DNA of 64,000 nucleotides from an uncultured delta proteobacterium (GTDB lineage Bacteria > Desulfobacterota > Syntrophobacteria > Syntrophobacterales > Syntrophobacteraceae), in contig CAWEHK010000050.1 of the NCBI GenBank assembly GCA_963808625.1, positions 111,493 through 175,492 on the forward strand, written 5' to 3'. Positions 10,598 to 23,388 of this stretch are shown piece by piece. Under the pieces are notes generated by a model. The model searched no databases. It had not been told where the DNA came from and was given only the letters and a program-made list of their open reading frames with translations. Positions within the stretch are counted from its first letter, which is position 1, and the number at the start of each line of letters is the position of its first letter. The position numbers and the translations under genes were made by a program.

Positions 10598-11797
10598 GCG
10601 CTTAGTTCCTTGGGTCCCTCACGCTGAGCCAGGCACTGTCGCGAAACAAGTGACCAGATCTGGCTCCAAATCCACATGAAGAGATAGGCGGGAGCAAAAA
10701 GAAGGGCAAGTGCATAAACACGACGTTCTTTCACAAAACCCAGGCCGATAAGATAGTAGAGCCCGTCAACAATGATGGCAAGCCACACCATAACCGCCAG
10801 AGCAGACCAAACCAGACCGTAGGACCAGACCGTTATCCCTAAAACAACGGCCGCCAATACCTTGAAGCATGAGCACCAGCGCCCGTGGCCTCAAGACCAG
10901 GGATAACGATAACGCCATCGCTCCGGGATGACCGCTGAAAAACAATCCCAAGCAAGTCCTTCCAGTAATCTCTCAATATCTGGCGCCGGCCCTGTTCCCA
11001 TCTTGCCCGTTGTGCCGCCACGCCATGCATGCCGGCCGGTTTGGGGTCTCCGACCACGGCAGAGAGTAGAAACCGCGGGTGAATTCCGCGGCGCACCAAT
11101 TGAATGGTCATTTCGACATCTTCAACCTTCGTATGAAGGTCAGACAAAAGCGCGGGCAACAGCGATGCGTCAAAAACCATCCCCGTTCCCCGCAACGGCA
11201 CCGGCCAGCCAAGGCGCTCCCTGGCCATGTCATCGATGCGCTGCGAGAGAATTTCGGAATATGCCGCCAGGCGAGCGATCGATGATCCACTGGCTGACAA
11301 TAGGCTGCACAAAGCCCTGCACCACCGGTGCTTGGTCGTAAGGAGAGCTCGCCAGTTGGTCGGCAAAAATCGGAGGCAACCTGACTGTCGGCATCAAAGA
11401 TGGCAAAACGGGAATAAGGTGCGAGTTCGTCTGCCGCAACCCGAAAAAACCAGCGCAACGCCCCGGCCTTCCCCCCGCCCGCTTCCTCTCGCCGCTCCCA
11501 AACTCGGGCGCCGGCTCGGCGCGCCGCTTCTGCCGTCTTATCCCGGCAATTGTCGGCAATAACATAGGCCGGAACCGCCAATCCGGCAACACTCTTTGGC
11601 AATGACTGATTCCTCATCGTGAGCAGGGAAAATATAGGCGATGCATTCTTTCTCCTGTCCGGGTACATTCCAGGGCGGATCGTCAACGGTCGCCAGGCAA
11701 AACAGAGAAAAACCGCCCGGAAGAGAGAATCCAACAGGAACATCGCCAAGAAGATTAAAAGAGGGAAAGAAACGATCAGAGCAAAAATAAAATCCAT
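10594..11797 (-). CDS. Membrane GT2 glycosyltransferase (cellulose-synthase-like), multiply frameshifted
   Basis: VIADNC, GKAGAL, IFDADS, GTGM, VEDVE, QRARW (QxxRW) motifs followed by C-terminal TM helices, spread over several frames. Confidence 0.8.
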
Positions 11798-11923
11798 TAA
11801 GTATCTACCTCTGTCGAGACCCGCGCCCGGTTGTACCCATCTTTCGACAATCTCGGCGATTCTTACCGGACAGCTCACTTTCCCCCTCCTGGCCCTAAAC
11901 AAGAAAACAGAGAACAGCGGTGA

Positions 11924-13151
11924 TCATGTCTTCTCTTTCAAGCTGGCGTCGAGGGCCTGCAAGATGGTTGCAGCACGAGCGTCTCCAGGTATTTTCCCGC
12001 GCCACCCGGTCAATCACGGCCAGGTATCGGGGTCAGCCGCGAGCTCAAGCGCCTCGTCCAATTTGGATGAAAACTCGTCGGCGTCTCTTCGCCACCAGCA
12101 CCCCTTCATAGCGCATGCGTCTCATGCATGGCAGTGGCTACGACCGGCTTGCCCCCGGCCATGTATTCGAAGAGCTTCAGCGGCGAGGTCGGAGTGGGTA
12201 ATATCGTTCACCAGGAAGGGAATGGTGGCACACGTCGAAGTATCTCAAGAGGTCGGGCAAATCAGAGTAGGGCTGAACCCCGAGCCAGGTAACGTTTGGC
12301 AGTTGAGACAGACCGCTCCTCGGGAAAGGAATTGTCATAGTTGGGACCGATCAGCACGAAAGAAAGGTCCTCGACGCTGCGCCGCAACGGCCTTTACCAA
12401 ATCATAATCAAACCAGCGGGCCAAAGCCCCGTAGTAACCAATGATCGGCCTCCCGGCAGCAATCACGGGAAGCAAAGGGGCCGGCGGCGCTTCAGCCTGT
12501 CTTTTGCGGGTTGGGGCAAAATGGTCATAATCAACCCCATTCGGGCAAAAGACGCAGTCAGGACGAACGCTTACCGCATCGCGATAGAGATGATCGGCGG
12601 TGGCCATCGCCAGCGAGGCGCTTGCAAAGGAACTCTTGGTGATTCAGTGCGATTTCCTTTTGATCTCCCTCAAACACCGCCAGCTCATCGACATAATCGT
12701 AAATGAGCTCGCGGTGCATTAAAGCCCTCAGGTATTCTCTATTCCAGCAAAGTATATAGACCAACGGAGCATTCACTCGCGCAAAAGCCTCTGAGGGCAC
12801 CTCGCACCGATAGAGGCGATCACCCATGGGGATAATCTTATAATGCCGGGCAGCATTGGGTTCCATGTAGAAGACCAGAACACCCTGGCGCGCCAATGCG
12901 ATAGCCAGTTGCTGCGGCCGTTGAAAGAGCTCGAAATCCCATTTCAGGCTCGGAGCAAACACGAGGACGTGGCGGGCGTCACGATGACGATCAAGAACCC
13001 TTAATACCTCCTCCTGGCAGTTGGAGAGGGCTCTGCGATCGACAATCCGACCTAATGTTGCGTCAATCCATCTTCTTGCCTTTCCAGCCGATGGCGGTAA
13101 ACACTGCCGGACCAAATTTCGAAGCTGCACTGCCATAAGGTTCTCAGCCAT
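11924..13151 (-). CDS. TuaH-like GT4 glycosyltransferase, frameshifted
   Basis: FQRPQQLAIALA, YDYVDE, PNGVDY, IIGYYGALARWFD, KLFEY, RENTW motifs. Confidence 0.8.
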
Positions 13152-13386
13152 TACGTGGTCAAGCCTCTGATAGCATGCATGGGCAACCAAGCAAAACACC
13201 CTAAAGTTCCCAACCCGTCATCACTTCCATAATCTCTTTGGCAGATGGGCCAACTGGGGTTCGATAGACAGTCAACGCCAGCAAAATCACCCCTCCAGGC
13301 AGTACCAAATTTGGTTCCTTGAAGCTATACTTGTAGCATAAGATCAAAGCCGAGAAGCCAGAACTACTTCAACTCCTGACATATTC

Positions 13387-13415
13387 TTGACAGCCCCCGG
13401 AGGATTTGCTATTGG
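13387..13415 (+). promoter_or_regulatory. Candidate sigma70 promoter for the 13.5-19 kb genes
   Basis: TTGACA 13387-13392, 17-bp spacer, TGc-TATTGG extended -10-like at 13410-13415. Confidence 0.4.
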
Positions 13416-13528
13416 AAAGCTTCAAAAAAGCAATTTCTTATCATCTATCACCCATATCACCTAGCTGGCGATGGCTATGCCAGCCGCCTGGCAATATGGT
13501 ATGAAAGAAAACGAGGGAGGATCCCACG

Positions 13529-14895
13529 ATGAAGCCTGCCTGGCCAAAATCAAATCCAGCCGGGCTTGCCAAGCTGTCCAATTTGTCTGGAAAATTACCG
13601 CCCGTCTGCGTTCTCTGCTCCCAGGTCGCCCGCGCCGTGCAACAACCCATGTCTTCTGTTGGGACGGACCAGCCCATGGCTGAAGCGCAGCTGCCTGTGG
13701 CGGATGCTCCCTCGAATCCATCCTCTTTGATTCCTCCCCCACTGCCCGGCAGGATCGACGTGCTGCTGTGGCCGGTGATGGATTGGGATACGCGTACCCA
13801 GCGTCCCCAGCACCTTGCCCGCCACTTTGCCCGCAACGGACAGCGGGTCTTTTATTTCCGCACTTCTTTCGCTTCATCTGAAACGCCTCAATTGATCCAC
13901 TTTAAACTGGTCGCCGAGCGCATCATTGAAGTTGAATTGACTGCTCCACACCCCATCAATGTCTACCAGGATCGCCTGTCGGCAAAGGCCCTGGAACATT
14001 TTTGCGCCGCCTGCCGCTTCTTGCGGGAGAGCGGTCAGATCGAGAGGGCGATTTCACTGGTGGACCTGCCTTTCTGGACCCCGCTGGTTTTCCGTCTGCG
14101 GCAGGACTATGGCTGGCCGGTGGTATACGATTGCATGGATTATCACGCCGGCTTCAGCAGCAACACGCAAGCCATGATCGACTCAGAAGAGGATTTGTTG
14201 CAAAACAGCGACCGGGTCCTTGTGGCCGGCAATGCTTATTATGGCCGGTTGAAACAGCGCTATGGCCCACAGCGGCTGGCCCTGGTGCCCAATGGAGCCG
14301 AATTTGAGCACTTCAATCGCCACCCGGCTGAATGCCCGGCCGAACTGGCGGGGCTTTCAGGCCCTTTGATCGGCTTTTACGGGGCGTTTGCCGACTGGAT
14401 CGATACGCCCTTGCTGGGCTGATGGCCATCGCTCGCCCTGCCTGGCAGTTGATCCTGATTGGCAGCACCCTGTATGCTGACTTGGCGCCGCTGCAAGGTT
14501 TGCCAAATGTCCATTTGCTGGGCGAAAAGCCCTATGCCGACCTGCCGGCCTACTTGCACCGATTTGATGTTGCCATTATCCCTTTCCGCAGGCTGCCCGT
14601 TACCCAGGCGATGAACCCTGTGAAACTTTTTGAATATCTCAGCGCCGGGAAACCCGTTGTAGCCACCGACCTTGATGAAATGCGCTTCTACGCCGACTAT
14701 GCCACGCTGGCCTCCGGTCTGCCAGCTTGGCTCGAAGCCATTGAACAGTCATTAACCGACCATTCCCCCCAGGCACAGGCTCGGCGAACTGCCTATGCTC
14801 GCCAGAATACTTGGGAAGCACGTTTTGCCGCCCTGCAAGCTGCTTTATGCTCAATCGGCACACAAACGCTTATCCAGAAAGACGCCCATGGTTGA
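13529..14895 (+). CDS. TuaH-like GT4 glycosyltransferase; frameshift near 14415
   Basis: QRPQHLARHFA, YDCMD, VPNGAE, IGFYGAFADWID, then DVAIIPF, NPVKLFEYLSAGKPVV, NTWEAR in the next frame. Confidence 0.85.
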
Positions 14896-17800
14896 ATTTC
14901 CTTCAATCATCGTTTTGACCTATAACAACCTGGACTACACGCGCCGCTGCCTGGAGAGTCTGTATGCCAAACCGGCCGGTTTGGATTTTGAGCTGATTGT
15001 GGTGGACAACGCCTCCCAGGATGGCACCCCAGCCTATTTACGGGAATTTGCAGCTCATCCGCAGCACCCCAACTGCCGCACAATTTTAAACTCCAGCAAC
15101 CTGGGTTTCTCCGGCGGGAACAACGTCGGTGCGGCGGCAGTCAGTCCCCACAGTGATGGGATTGTGTTTTTGAACAATGATACGGTTGTCACCGCGGGTT
15201 GGCTGGCTGCGCTTTGCCGTCCCCTGGCAGATCCGCAGGTGGGAATGACCGGCGCGGTGACGAATGTTTCCGGCAATTTCAGTCGCATTTCCGTGACCTA
15301 TAACACCACTGACTTATCCGGACTGGACGATTTTGCAGCAGAGTACACTCGCCAACATGCCGGCCAGGTTTTTGAAGTCTCCATGATGCCCTTCCAATGC
15401 GTGGCCCTGCGCCGCCAGGTTTTTGAAGAAATCGGCCCATTGGACGAGCGCTTTGGCCTTGGTATGTTTGAAGATGATGACTATGCCATGCGCCTGCATC
15501 AGGCAGGCTATCGCATTTTGGGCGTAGAAGACGCTTATATTCACCACTATGGCAGCGCCAGCTTTTCGCGTCTGGACAAACATCATTACATGAGTCTGTT
15601 TCAGCGCAATTTGAGCCTGTTTGAAGAGAAGTGGAATGTAAGATGGATGCCCGGCGTCCTGCGCCCTGAATTTGTCCCTGAACAGATGCGCCAGTTGATG
15701 GACGGGATGTTCTTTTGGCACCAGGCCGCCCAAAACTGGGAGCGGACTGCCAAAGAAAACCCAAAGTATGCCCGGCAGTTACAAATTCAGTTGCAGGAAA
15801 TGGACGACCAGCGCAGCAAAACATTCATTGAATTGAACAGTATCTATGCCAGCAATGGCTGGCTGCTTTTGCAACAGCTTTTGCGCCTGCGCCGCTTTGT
15901 CGCTCCTGAAGGGAGCCGCCGCGAGCAGTTGTTTCGCCTTAGCATTCAAACCTTGCGCAGCCTCAAAACCAAACTGACTTCCTGGGGTGCAGTGCGCCCC
16001 ACCGCTAGTCTGGCATTCTCAAAAGCAAAGCGACTGCTCCGCTACAGGCGTTCTGCAAAGGCTTCCGGGGTAGCCCCTCTTTTCAAACCGGGCATGCACT
16101 CGCCGGGTGCACAACCGGGGGAAGCTGCACCGCGTTATCAACTACCCCTGCCAGCTCCCAACCCTTTGCCTGGCCGTTGGTCTCGGTGCTTTTGCCAGTA
16201 TATAATCATGCCGATATGCTGCCCGGCGCAGCTCAAAGCGTTTTGAACAGCACCTATCCAAATCTTGAACTGGTCATTCTGGATGATGGTTCAACCGATG
16301 GGATTGATCCGGTTCTGCGCAGACTGTCACTCCATCCTCAGGTGCGCATCTACCGCCAGCCCAATCAAAAACTGCCGCGCGCCTTGACCCATGCGCACCA
16401 GTTTGCTCGCGGCCAGTTCATCACATGGATTTCTGCCGATAACCTGTACGCACCCCAAGCGATTGCGTGTATGGTAGAGAACCTGCTGGCGCATCCCGAA
16501 GCCGTGATGGTTTATGCCGATGTGGCGGTGATGGGTGACGCCGGCCAACCACTCCGCGATGATTCGTATCGCCATCAGAACCAGGATCGGCAGCGCAAAG
16601 AACTCATCCGCCTGTACCGCAGCGCCGAGCCTTTGGGCTACGAGGCCGACAATTACATCAACGCCTGCTTCCTCTATCGCCAACAGGCAGCTCAGGCCTT
16701 AGAAGGAGTCTATGCTGACGATCTGCGTGGCTTAGAAGATTACGATTTCTGGCTGCGTCTGCAAAAAATCGGTCAGGTGCGGCACGCAGGAAACAGGGAG
16801 CCTCTATATTATTACCGTGTTCACAAGCGTACGATGAGCCACGAGCTGCTCTCCGTGCAACGGCGGGCGCATTTCCAACGCATTGAGCGTTTCATCCCCT
16901 ATGAAAAGGCCCGCCGTATTCAACTCTACGGGCGCTGGCAGGTCGCGCTGGATCCGGCCCTGGGAACCAACCGACTGGCCGAAATTCGCCGGATGCTGGC
17001 TCAACTCCCGGTAGACGTACTCGAATCCGATCCGTGCTTGCCAGCAACTGAAAGCGCCGGGGTAACCCGGCGGATCCTGGTTTCGCCGGCACAGGACGCA
17101 GCACCGTTGTCCGACGCTCCGATTCAGCTGCAGGAGGATGCCGCCGAACACGTTTGGAAGCTGTGCTGGCACTCACCGTGGGATGGGCAGCCTCACAGCC
17201 TTGAAATTGCCCAAGGCCTCCAGTTTTCCCCTCTTTCTCTAAAGGCCCGCGATCATTTCAAAAACAATTGGGAGTTCCCCCAAGCCGGCGACAGCCTCAT
17301 CGTAGGCTGTCATTTAGGTCTGGGCCAGGCCAACCTGGACATCGACGCTGCTCTGACGATCATGCGCAAGAATCCAGACATTTTCTTCGTTTACATCGAC
17401 GTTCCAGGACAAGATTCGCCTGCCGCTGGCGCTCGCCTTGCTGCCTTCCAGGCCATTCCGAACGCTTCACAAATGGAAGGGACAGGAGCGCAAAACGCGG
17501 TTTATCTGGGCGCGCGGCCATTGGACGGCAGCCAGTACCCGTTGTATGCCAACCTGGACGCTTTCTGGCTGCCGCCCATCCAGGCCGGCTTCACAGCGTC
17601 AGTACATTATCAGGCCCACCTGGCCTTGTCCGCGGCTACGGCTCGCCCATTGGTGTTGTGCCAGCCTTACGCCGGCGAGATTGAGCCGCTGCCTTACCAA
17701 TTCCTGTGTTCATTGCAGGATCCCTCGCTAAAGTTCCTGGCTCATTTCGACCGGCGGGCATTCGATCGAGAGGTGCTGGATCGCTGGCTGGCTGCCTGGT

Positions 17801-19125
17801 CTCCGGCTGGGCGCTTTGGGTTCGCCCTGCGCTGCGCTGACGGTTTCTTTCAGGAGTTCATTCCTCGACCTGATTTCGCCTTCATTCCCCCGGCGAAGCA
17901 TCTGCCCAAAATCTATGAACATACCGGCGTCCAGCTATCGGGCGAGCCCCTGCGCTGTGCCCTGGTGGTAGGGACGCTGGATAAAGGGGGCCTGGAGGAA
18001 GTGGTTGCCCTGCTGGCGCACAAACTACCCGAGCAGGCTGCTCAGGATGGTCAACCGCTCCAAGTGAGCGTGTACTGTTTGCGGGGCGGCGGAGCAGTGG
18101 CCGAACGCTTAAAAGCGACGGGTGTAACTGTGCTTGAAGCCAATGGTGACCTGCGCCTGGTGCGGCAGTGGTTAAACCAGCCGACTGCCCGGCCTCACTT
18201 GCTCAACACTCACTTCACCGGCCTGGATTTCCTGCAGATTGCCGCCGAAGCAGGCCTCCCCGTTGTCGATACCATTCATAATACTTACATCTGGTATGAC
18301 CCAAACGCCTGGGAGCGCGAACGCAACCGTCCCGCCTATGTTACGCGCTGGATTGCTGTAAGTGACCTGGTCAAACGCTATTACCTCCGATGGAATCCTT
18401 ACTGCCGCTCTGAATGGATTGATGTCGTCCCGAATGGGGTTGATGCGGCGCGTTTCAACCCACAGGATCAAGTTCAGGCTCGGCGGCAGTTGGGTTGGGG
18501 CCAGGATGAGATCATTTTTGTCTCGTTGGCCAGTTATGATGGGCGTAAGAATCAGTTAGGTTTGCTGACTGCCTTTGACCAGGCGGCGGGACGTTTTGCC
18601 CAGGCTCGCCTTGTTTGTGCGGGAGGAGTGGTGGATGTCGCTTACTATGAGGCGGTGTTGGCCCATGCCGGTTCGTTACGCTCAAAAAACCGAATTACGC
18701 TCTGGAAACATCGATCCGATGCCCCTACCATCCTTTCAGGATCCGACTTTTTCGTCCTTAATTCCTTTTTTGAAGGCTGGAGCGTGGCAGCGACTGAAGC
18801 GTTGCTGATGGGCCTGCCGCTCATTCATAGCGATTGCGGCAGTGCCGCCGAACTGGTGGGGCAGGGGCAGAATCGGCGCGGCGTTGTCATTCCGAACCCG
18901 GGTGCTGACCCGCTGGACCTGGATTGGCCGCTGGTAGCCCGGGAAATGGCTCAGCAGAAGCATGTGAATACCACCACCCTGGCGGAGGCCATCCAGGCTA
19001 TGCTGGCTGATGCCCCCGCTTGGCGCAGCCACCGCTCTGCCATCCGCCAGAATGCAATTGAGGCTTTTGGCCTGCCTCCCATGCTTCGGGGTTATCTATC
19101 TGTTTATCGCAAAGCGCTGGCATAA
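14888..19125 (+). CDS. Large multidomain glycosyltransferase (GT2 - coiled coil - GT2 - linker - GT4), about 1410 aa if one frameshift near 16175 is corrected
   Basis: GT2 SIIVLTYN/VVDNAS/LNND/FEDDDY; second GT2 VSVLLPVYN/LDDGS/EDYDFW begins without a good start exactly where the first ORF degenerates; C-terminal GT4 GGLEEV, VPNGVD, KNQ, EGWS. Confidence 0.8.
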
Positions 19126-19294
19126 TCAAAAAAATGCCTTTTTCCCAGCCCTCTCTCTTGTTATGTTCATCTTGGGGTGTGTTCTCAATGTGCGATGTTT
19201 CGTAACGTCCTTGGAGAACCGCCTGGCAGGTGTTAATGCTTAGGACAGCCTGCGAGCGCAGTCTAAAAGCAGGCGAAGAGTTTGACTGCCGACC

Positions 19295-21596
19295 GTGCAG
19301 GACGATTTTCATGAGAACATCTTTAACCGGGACTCGTCCAAGGATGCAGCTGAAAGTCGAGCAGCACTGGAGAGACATATCAATTCTCGGGAACGGCAAA
19401 ATCAGATGAAGCGGGACAAGGCCCTGAGTGGCGGCACAAGATGTGACAATTTAGGAGGAGATTTTGCGGACCGAAAGCAGCTAATCGCAGGTACAACCCG
19501 CGCATGTGCTGATCTACGCCGAGAACTGGAGCAGACCAATGCGCGTTTGAAAGAACTGGCCGCAGAGGCGGCAATGGCCCGTGTGCTCAAGGAGAGGCTC
19601 GAACTGATCGAGAATTCGACGTCCTGGCGGGTAACGGCGCCTTTCCGTGCACTCAAGGATTCCCTGCTGAGGAGGAAATCACGGGTAGCCCCGAAGGTTC
19701 ATGCCTGTGGCACTGCTCAGGCGCTAACGGGTGAAAGTGCCGGCGATCTGGCCCCAGCCCCGGCTGACGTCCCAAGGGGTTCGCCGCAAGGAGAGAACGA
19801 CAATGGCTCCTTAATCCCTGTCCGCACGGTCCTGGTCTTTGATCGCCTGGTACCAATTCCGGACAGCGACAGCCGCTCAGCGAGGCTGTTGGAGATCATC
19901 AGGACGGTCGGCACCCTTGGAAAGTCAGTTACTTTCTGCTCCCATGCGGCACCTGCGGACTACGGATTATGCTGGCCAACGTGGAGGAAGAGCTTCCCCG
20001 CCATGTGCGGACACTGAAGGAACTCGGAGTCACGGCTATTTTCGGCTACTCCGCCATTGTCGAACACATGGAGCGATACGGGCATAATTATCAACAGGTT
20101 TTCCTGTCCTCCACTGATATCATGTATGAATACCTCCCTGTGGTCCGCACCTATTCTCCCTGGGCCCACGTCTTTTAATCACCGAGAACCATCACGGGAT
20201 CAGCCTGGAACAAGAGGCGGCAATCAGCAGTGAAAAGGACATACAGGAACCGGCTCATCAGTGCGAGAAGATGGAGAGTGTGAATCTTCGCTCAGCCGAC
20301 ACCGTGATCGCCCTCACCGAAAATGAGCGGGAGAGGATCATGAAGCTGGTTCCCGGCGCGAATGTTGTGGTGGTGCCCGACATCCAACACAATTATTCTC
20401 CGCAGGCAGCCCAAAAGCAGATCTCGGCTTTGCTGACTCTTGCCGGCAACCACGATGCAGATCTGCATGAACCTCGGACGGAGGTGAGGAGTGGGGGCAA
20501 ACAAAGCACCGCGAATTTCCGCAATTCTCCCCACGTGGAATCGCGCGGTGTACCTGAAGAAGGCCCTGAAGGCCCTGGTTGGGCAAACCCTGGAGCGAGA
20601 CGAGTTCGAGGTGATCGTCGTCGATGATGGGTCTACCGATAAGACCCACCAAGTCGTGGATCTTTTCAGGAAGACCTCCAATTGACCTATCTTCACCAGA
20701 AGAATGCCGGCATTGCGGTTGCCAAAAATCGTGGCATCGAAAAGGCCCGCGCACCCATCTTGCTGTTCATGGACGATGATGACGTTGCCAGCCCAACCCT
20801 TCTGGAGGAACATCTCCGGAGCCATGCTCGCTACCCGGACCCAACCATCGCGGTTTTGGGTCGGACCGAGTTGTCTTCGCCGATCGCATCGAAGCCCGTG
20901 ATGCATTTTGTTACGGAGGTGGGCTTCTACCTCTTCTGTTACCCAATTATTCCGCCGGACCAATGGCTTGATTACGCCCACTTTTGGGGAGGGCGATCAT
21001 CCTGCAAGACAGCGTTTCTTCAAGACCATGGGTTTTTCAACGAGGTGTTTCGCTTTGGCTGTGAAGACATCGAACTGGGCTACCGTCTGTCGAAATTCGG
21101 ACTCCGGGTGGTTTACAACCCACGGGCAGTCAGCACCATGATACGCGCACTGAGCTTTGATGAATTCTGCAGGCGGGTGGAGAAACAGGGCGAATCAAAC
21201 TGGGAGTTCAGTATGATCCACCCGGTGGAAGAGGTGCACATCTGGGGTGACATACCGAGGGCACAGGAACACTGGCCCGAGTTGAAGAACGATTTTGAGA
21301 CGATCCTCACCAAGGCGCGCCATCTCGACAAGATCGCGAACCTGAGGGCTGACGAAGGCTTGGTGCTTGGCAGTTTCCTGACAACTGAATTACACAAAGC
21401 TTACACCCAAAGCTTTGATGGGTGCCGGTGGCGTGGGATAGCCACAGCGGCGAGAGAAACTGAATACACAGCATCGGAGAAAGCAAGTGGCACAGATGCT
21501 GAAAGCCATCGTCCAAACCAACTGCAATCGCGGAATGTCTCTTGCCTACACAATCCAATACAATATGGAATAAATATATCCGAAGTCAAGAATTAA
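19295..21596 (+). CDS. Multidomain glycosyltransferase (coiled coil + partial GT4-like region + GT2), multiply frameshifted
   Basis: Coiled-coil stretch ending STSWRVTAPFR; VLVFDRLVPIPDSDS; later ISAILPTWNR, VVDDGSTD, DDDD, EDIELGYRL. Confidence 0.7.
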
Positions 21597-22362
21597 TCGA
21601 AATAGATATCACCTAGACTTGTAATTTGAAATGCTTTAACTGCAATCGCTCTTGTACACAAGCACCAACTAAACAAGAGATGAGTTGGAACAAATACACA
21701 AATTTATTAATGAATCAATAAAAAATAATATAAAGTGGAAGACCATCAGGATCCTTGGCGGAGAACCGACATTACACCCGCAACTTTTCCTAATATTGGA
21801 TTTGCTGATTCAATATCGTGATGATTTCTCTCATCAAACCATGATTAAGTTGTGACTAACGGTTTCGGCAAAAATGTCAACAACAGGCTTTCTGCGATCA
21901 GCCGCGGAATTAGCATTGAGAACTCTCACAAGATTTCAAGAATTCAGACAGACATTCTCGCCCTTCAATGTCGCGCCCGTCGATCTAACTCCATTCAAAG
22001 ATTATGATTTTTCCGGGGGATGCTGGGTAACTTCCCAATGCGGCATGGGACTAACACCATTTGGGTATTATCCTTGCGCTATAGCCGGAGGAATAGATCG
22101 GATATTCGGTCTTGACAAGGGGAGAAAGAATTTGCCCGATCCGGATGACGGCATGTTGGATTTGTTCTCCATGTTCTGCAGATTCTGTGGTCATTTCCTG
22201 GAGAATCAAAGACCGTTGTCTCATGAAAAACGAATTCATGCGGAAGAACGTTCTAAAGAAAATGAGGGTATACCCCGAACCAAGTGCGAGATAATGTCTC
22301 CGACCTGGATCAAAGCGTATGACCAATACAGGAAAAAACCTCCTGAATTGACCACCTATTGA
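21560..22362 (+). pseudogene. Radical SAM domain (disrupted in this sequence), possibly the C-terminal domain of the upstream GT
   Basis: IEIDIT*TCNLKCFNCNRSC (CxxxCxxC), ILGGEPTLHP, VTNG, then Cys-rich C...CGMG..YYPCAIAG...CRFCG; in-frame TAG 21614-21616 plus about 3 frameshifts. Confidence 0.7.
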
Positions 22363-22385
22363 ATTTCCTCTAAAGAGAGGTGCAG

Positions 22386-23388
22386 ATGACTGCGTACAGC
22401 CTCTTTGAGGCTATTCGTCGCCGCGTAAGCGCTGCCGCCAACGCTGCGGTTGGCCTGCGCCTGCTGGCCGCCGGTGCTCACGGACGGCTCTTCCTGAGCG
22501 CCTTTCATCTCGCGGATCCCCACCCGGTGTGGGTCTGGCGGAGGGTCATGCGCCACCTGCGCCCCGGGGACCTGCTGTGCTGGCTGACCTTTTGGCACTC
22601 GGACACCGGCTACTTTGCGGCGGCCGCTGCGCAGCACCGCCGCGCGGGGGTCTCTCCGGGCCGGGTCTGGGTGCTTGCCAACACGCCCGACGAGGTTGCG
22701 GCAGCAAAGAGGGCCGGATTCCGCGCCGCCTGGGTCCACCACAACTGCTGGCTTGACGAGCGGCTGTTTCAGCCTCTCGGGCTGCCCAAAAAGTACCGTG
22801 CGGTGATGGTGACCCAACCTGCGGTCTACAAGCGCCCGTGGCTGGCCTCCGCAGGTCCCTGGCCTTGCGATTGTGGCCGGTCGACCGTTTGCCGCGAGTG
22901 GCGTCGATCTGGCAGCGATCCCGCACGCAGCCTATGTCACCGACGTAGCCTCGGCAGAGGTGTGCCGCATAATCAACCAGTCGGAGGTCGGCCTGATCCT
23001 GTCGGAGGAGGAGGGCGGGTGCTTCGCTTCCTCCGAGTACCTGATGTGCGGGATTCCGGTCGTCTCGACCCCGTCGCGCGGCGGCCGGGACGTCTTCTAC
23101 GGTGCCGACAACACACTCATTGTCGAGCCGTCTGCGGCGGACGTCGCTCGTGGCGTGGTCGAGCTTGCCGGACGCCACCTCGACGCCGTACAGATCAGCC
23201 GACGTCACCTCGAGCAGGCCAGGGCGTTTCGCGCGACATTCGTCCGCGAGGTCCTCACCGTGGCGCTTGCTGAGATCGGCAGCAGCCGCGAACCCGGAGA
23301 GGTGCTGGCTTCGTGCTTCCAGCACAAGATGGTCGAGTGGCTGCGTCCGAGCGAAGCCGTCCGTTTACTGCGCGCAACCGGGGGCTAG
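22386..23388 (+). CDS. GT4-like glycosyltransferase; frameshift near 22860; very GC-rich
   Basis: YKRPWLA, then INQSEVGLILSEEEGGCFASSEYLMCGIPVVSTPSRGG (ExxxxxxxE motif). Confidence 0.75.

Noticed and set aside
21614..21616. Pyrrolysine/readthrough at the in-frame TAG in the radical SAM domain
   Set aside because: Position is normally an aromatic residue (TAY is one change away), the gene also has frameshifts, and no pyl genes are present in the window
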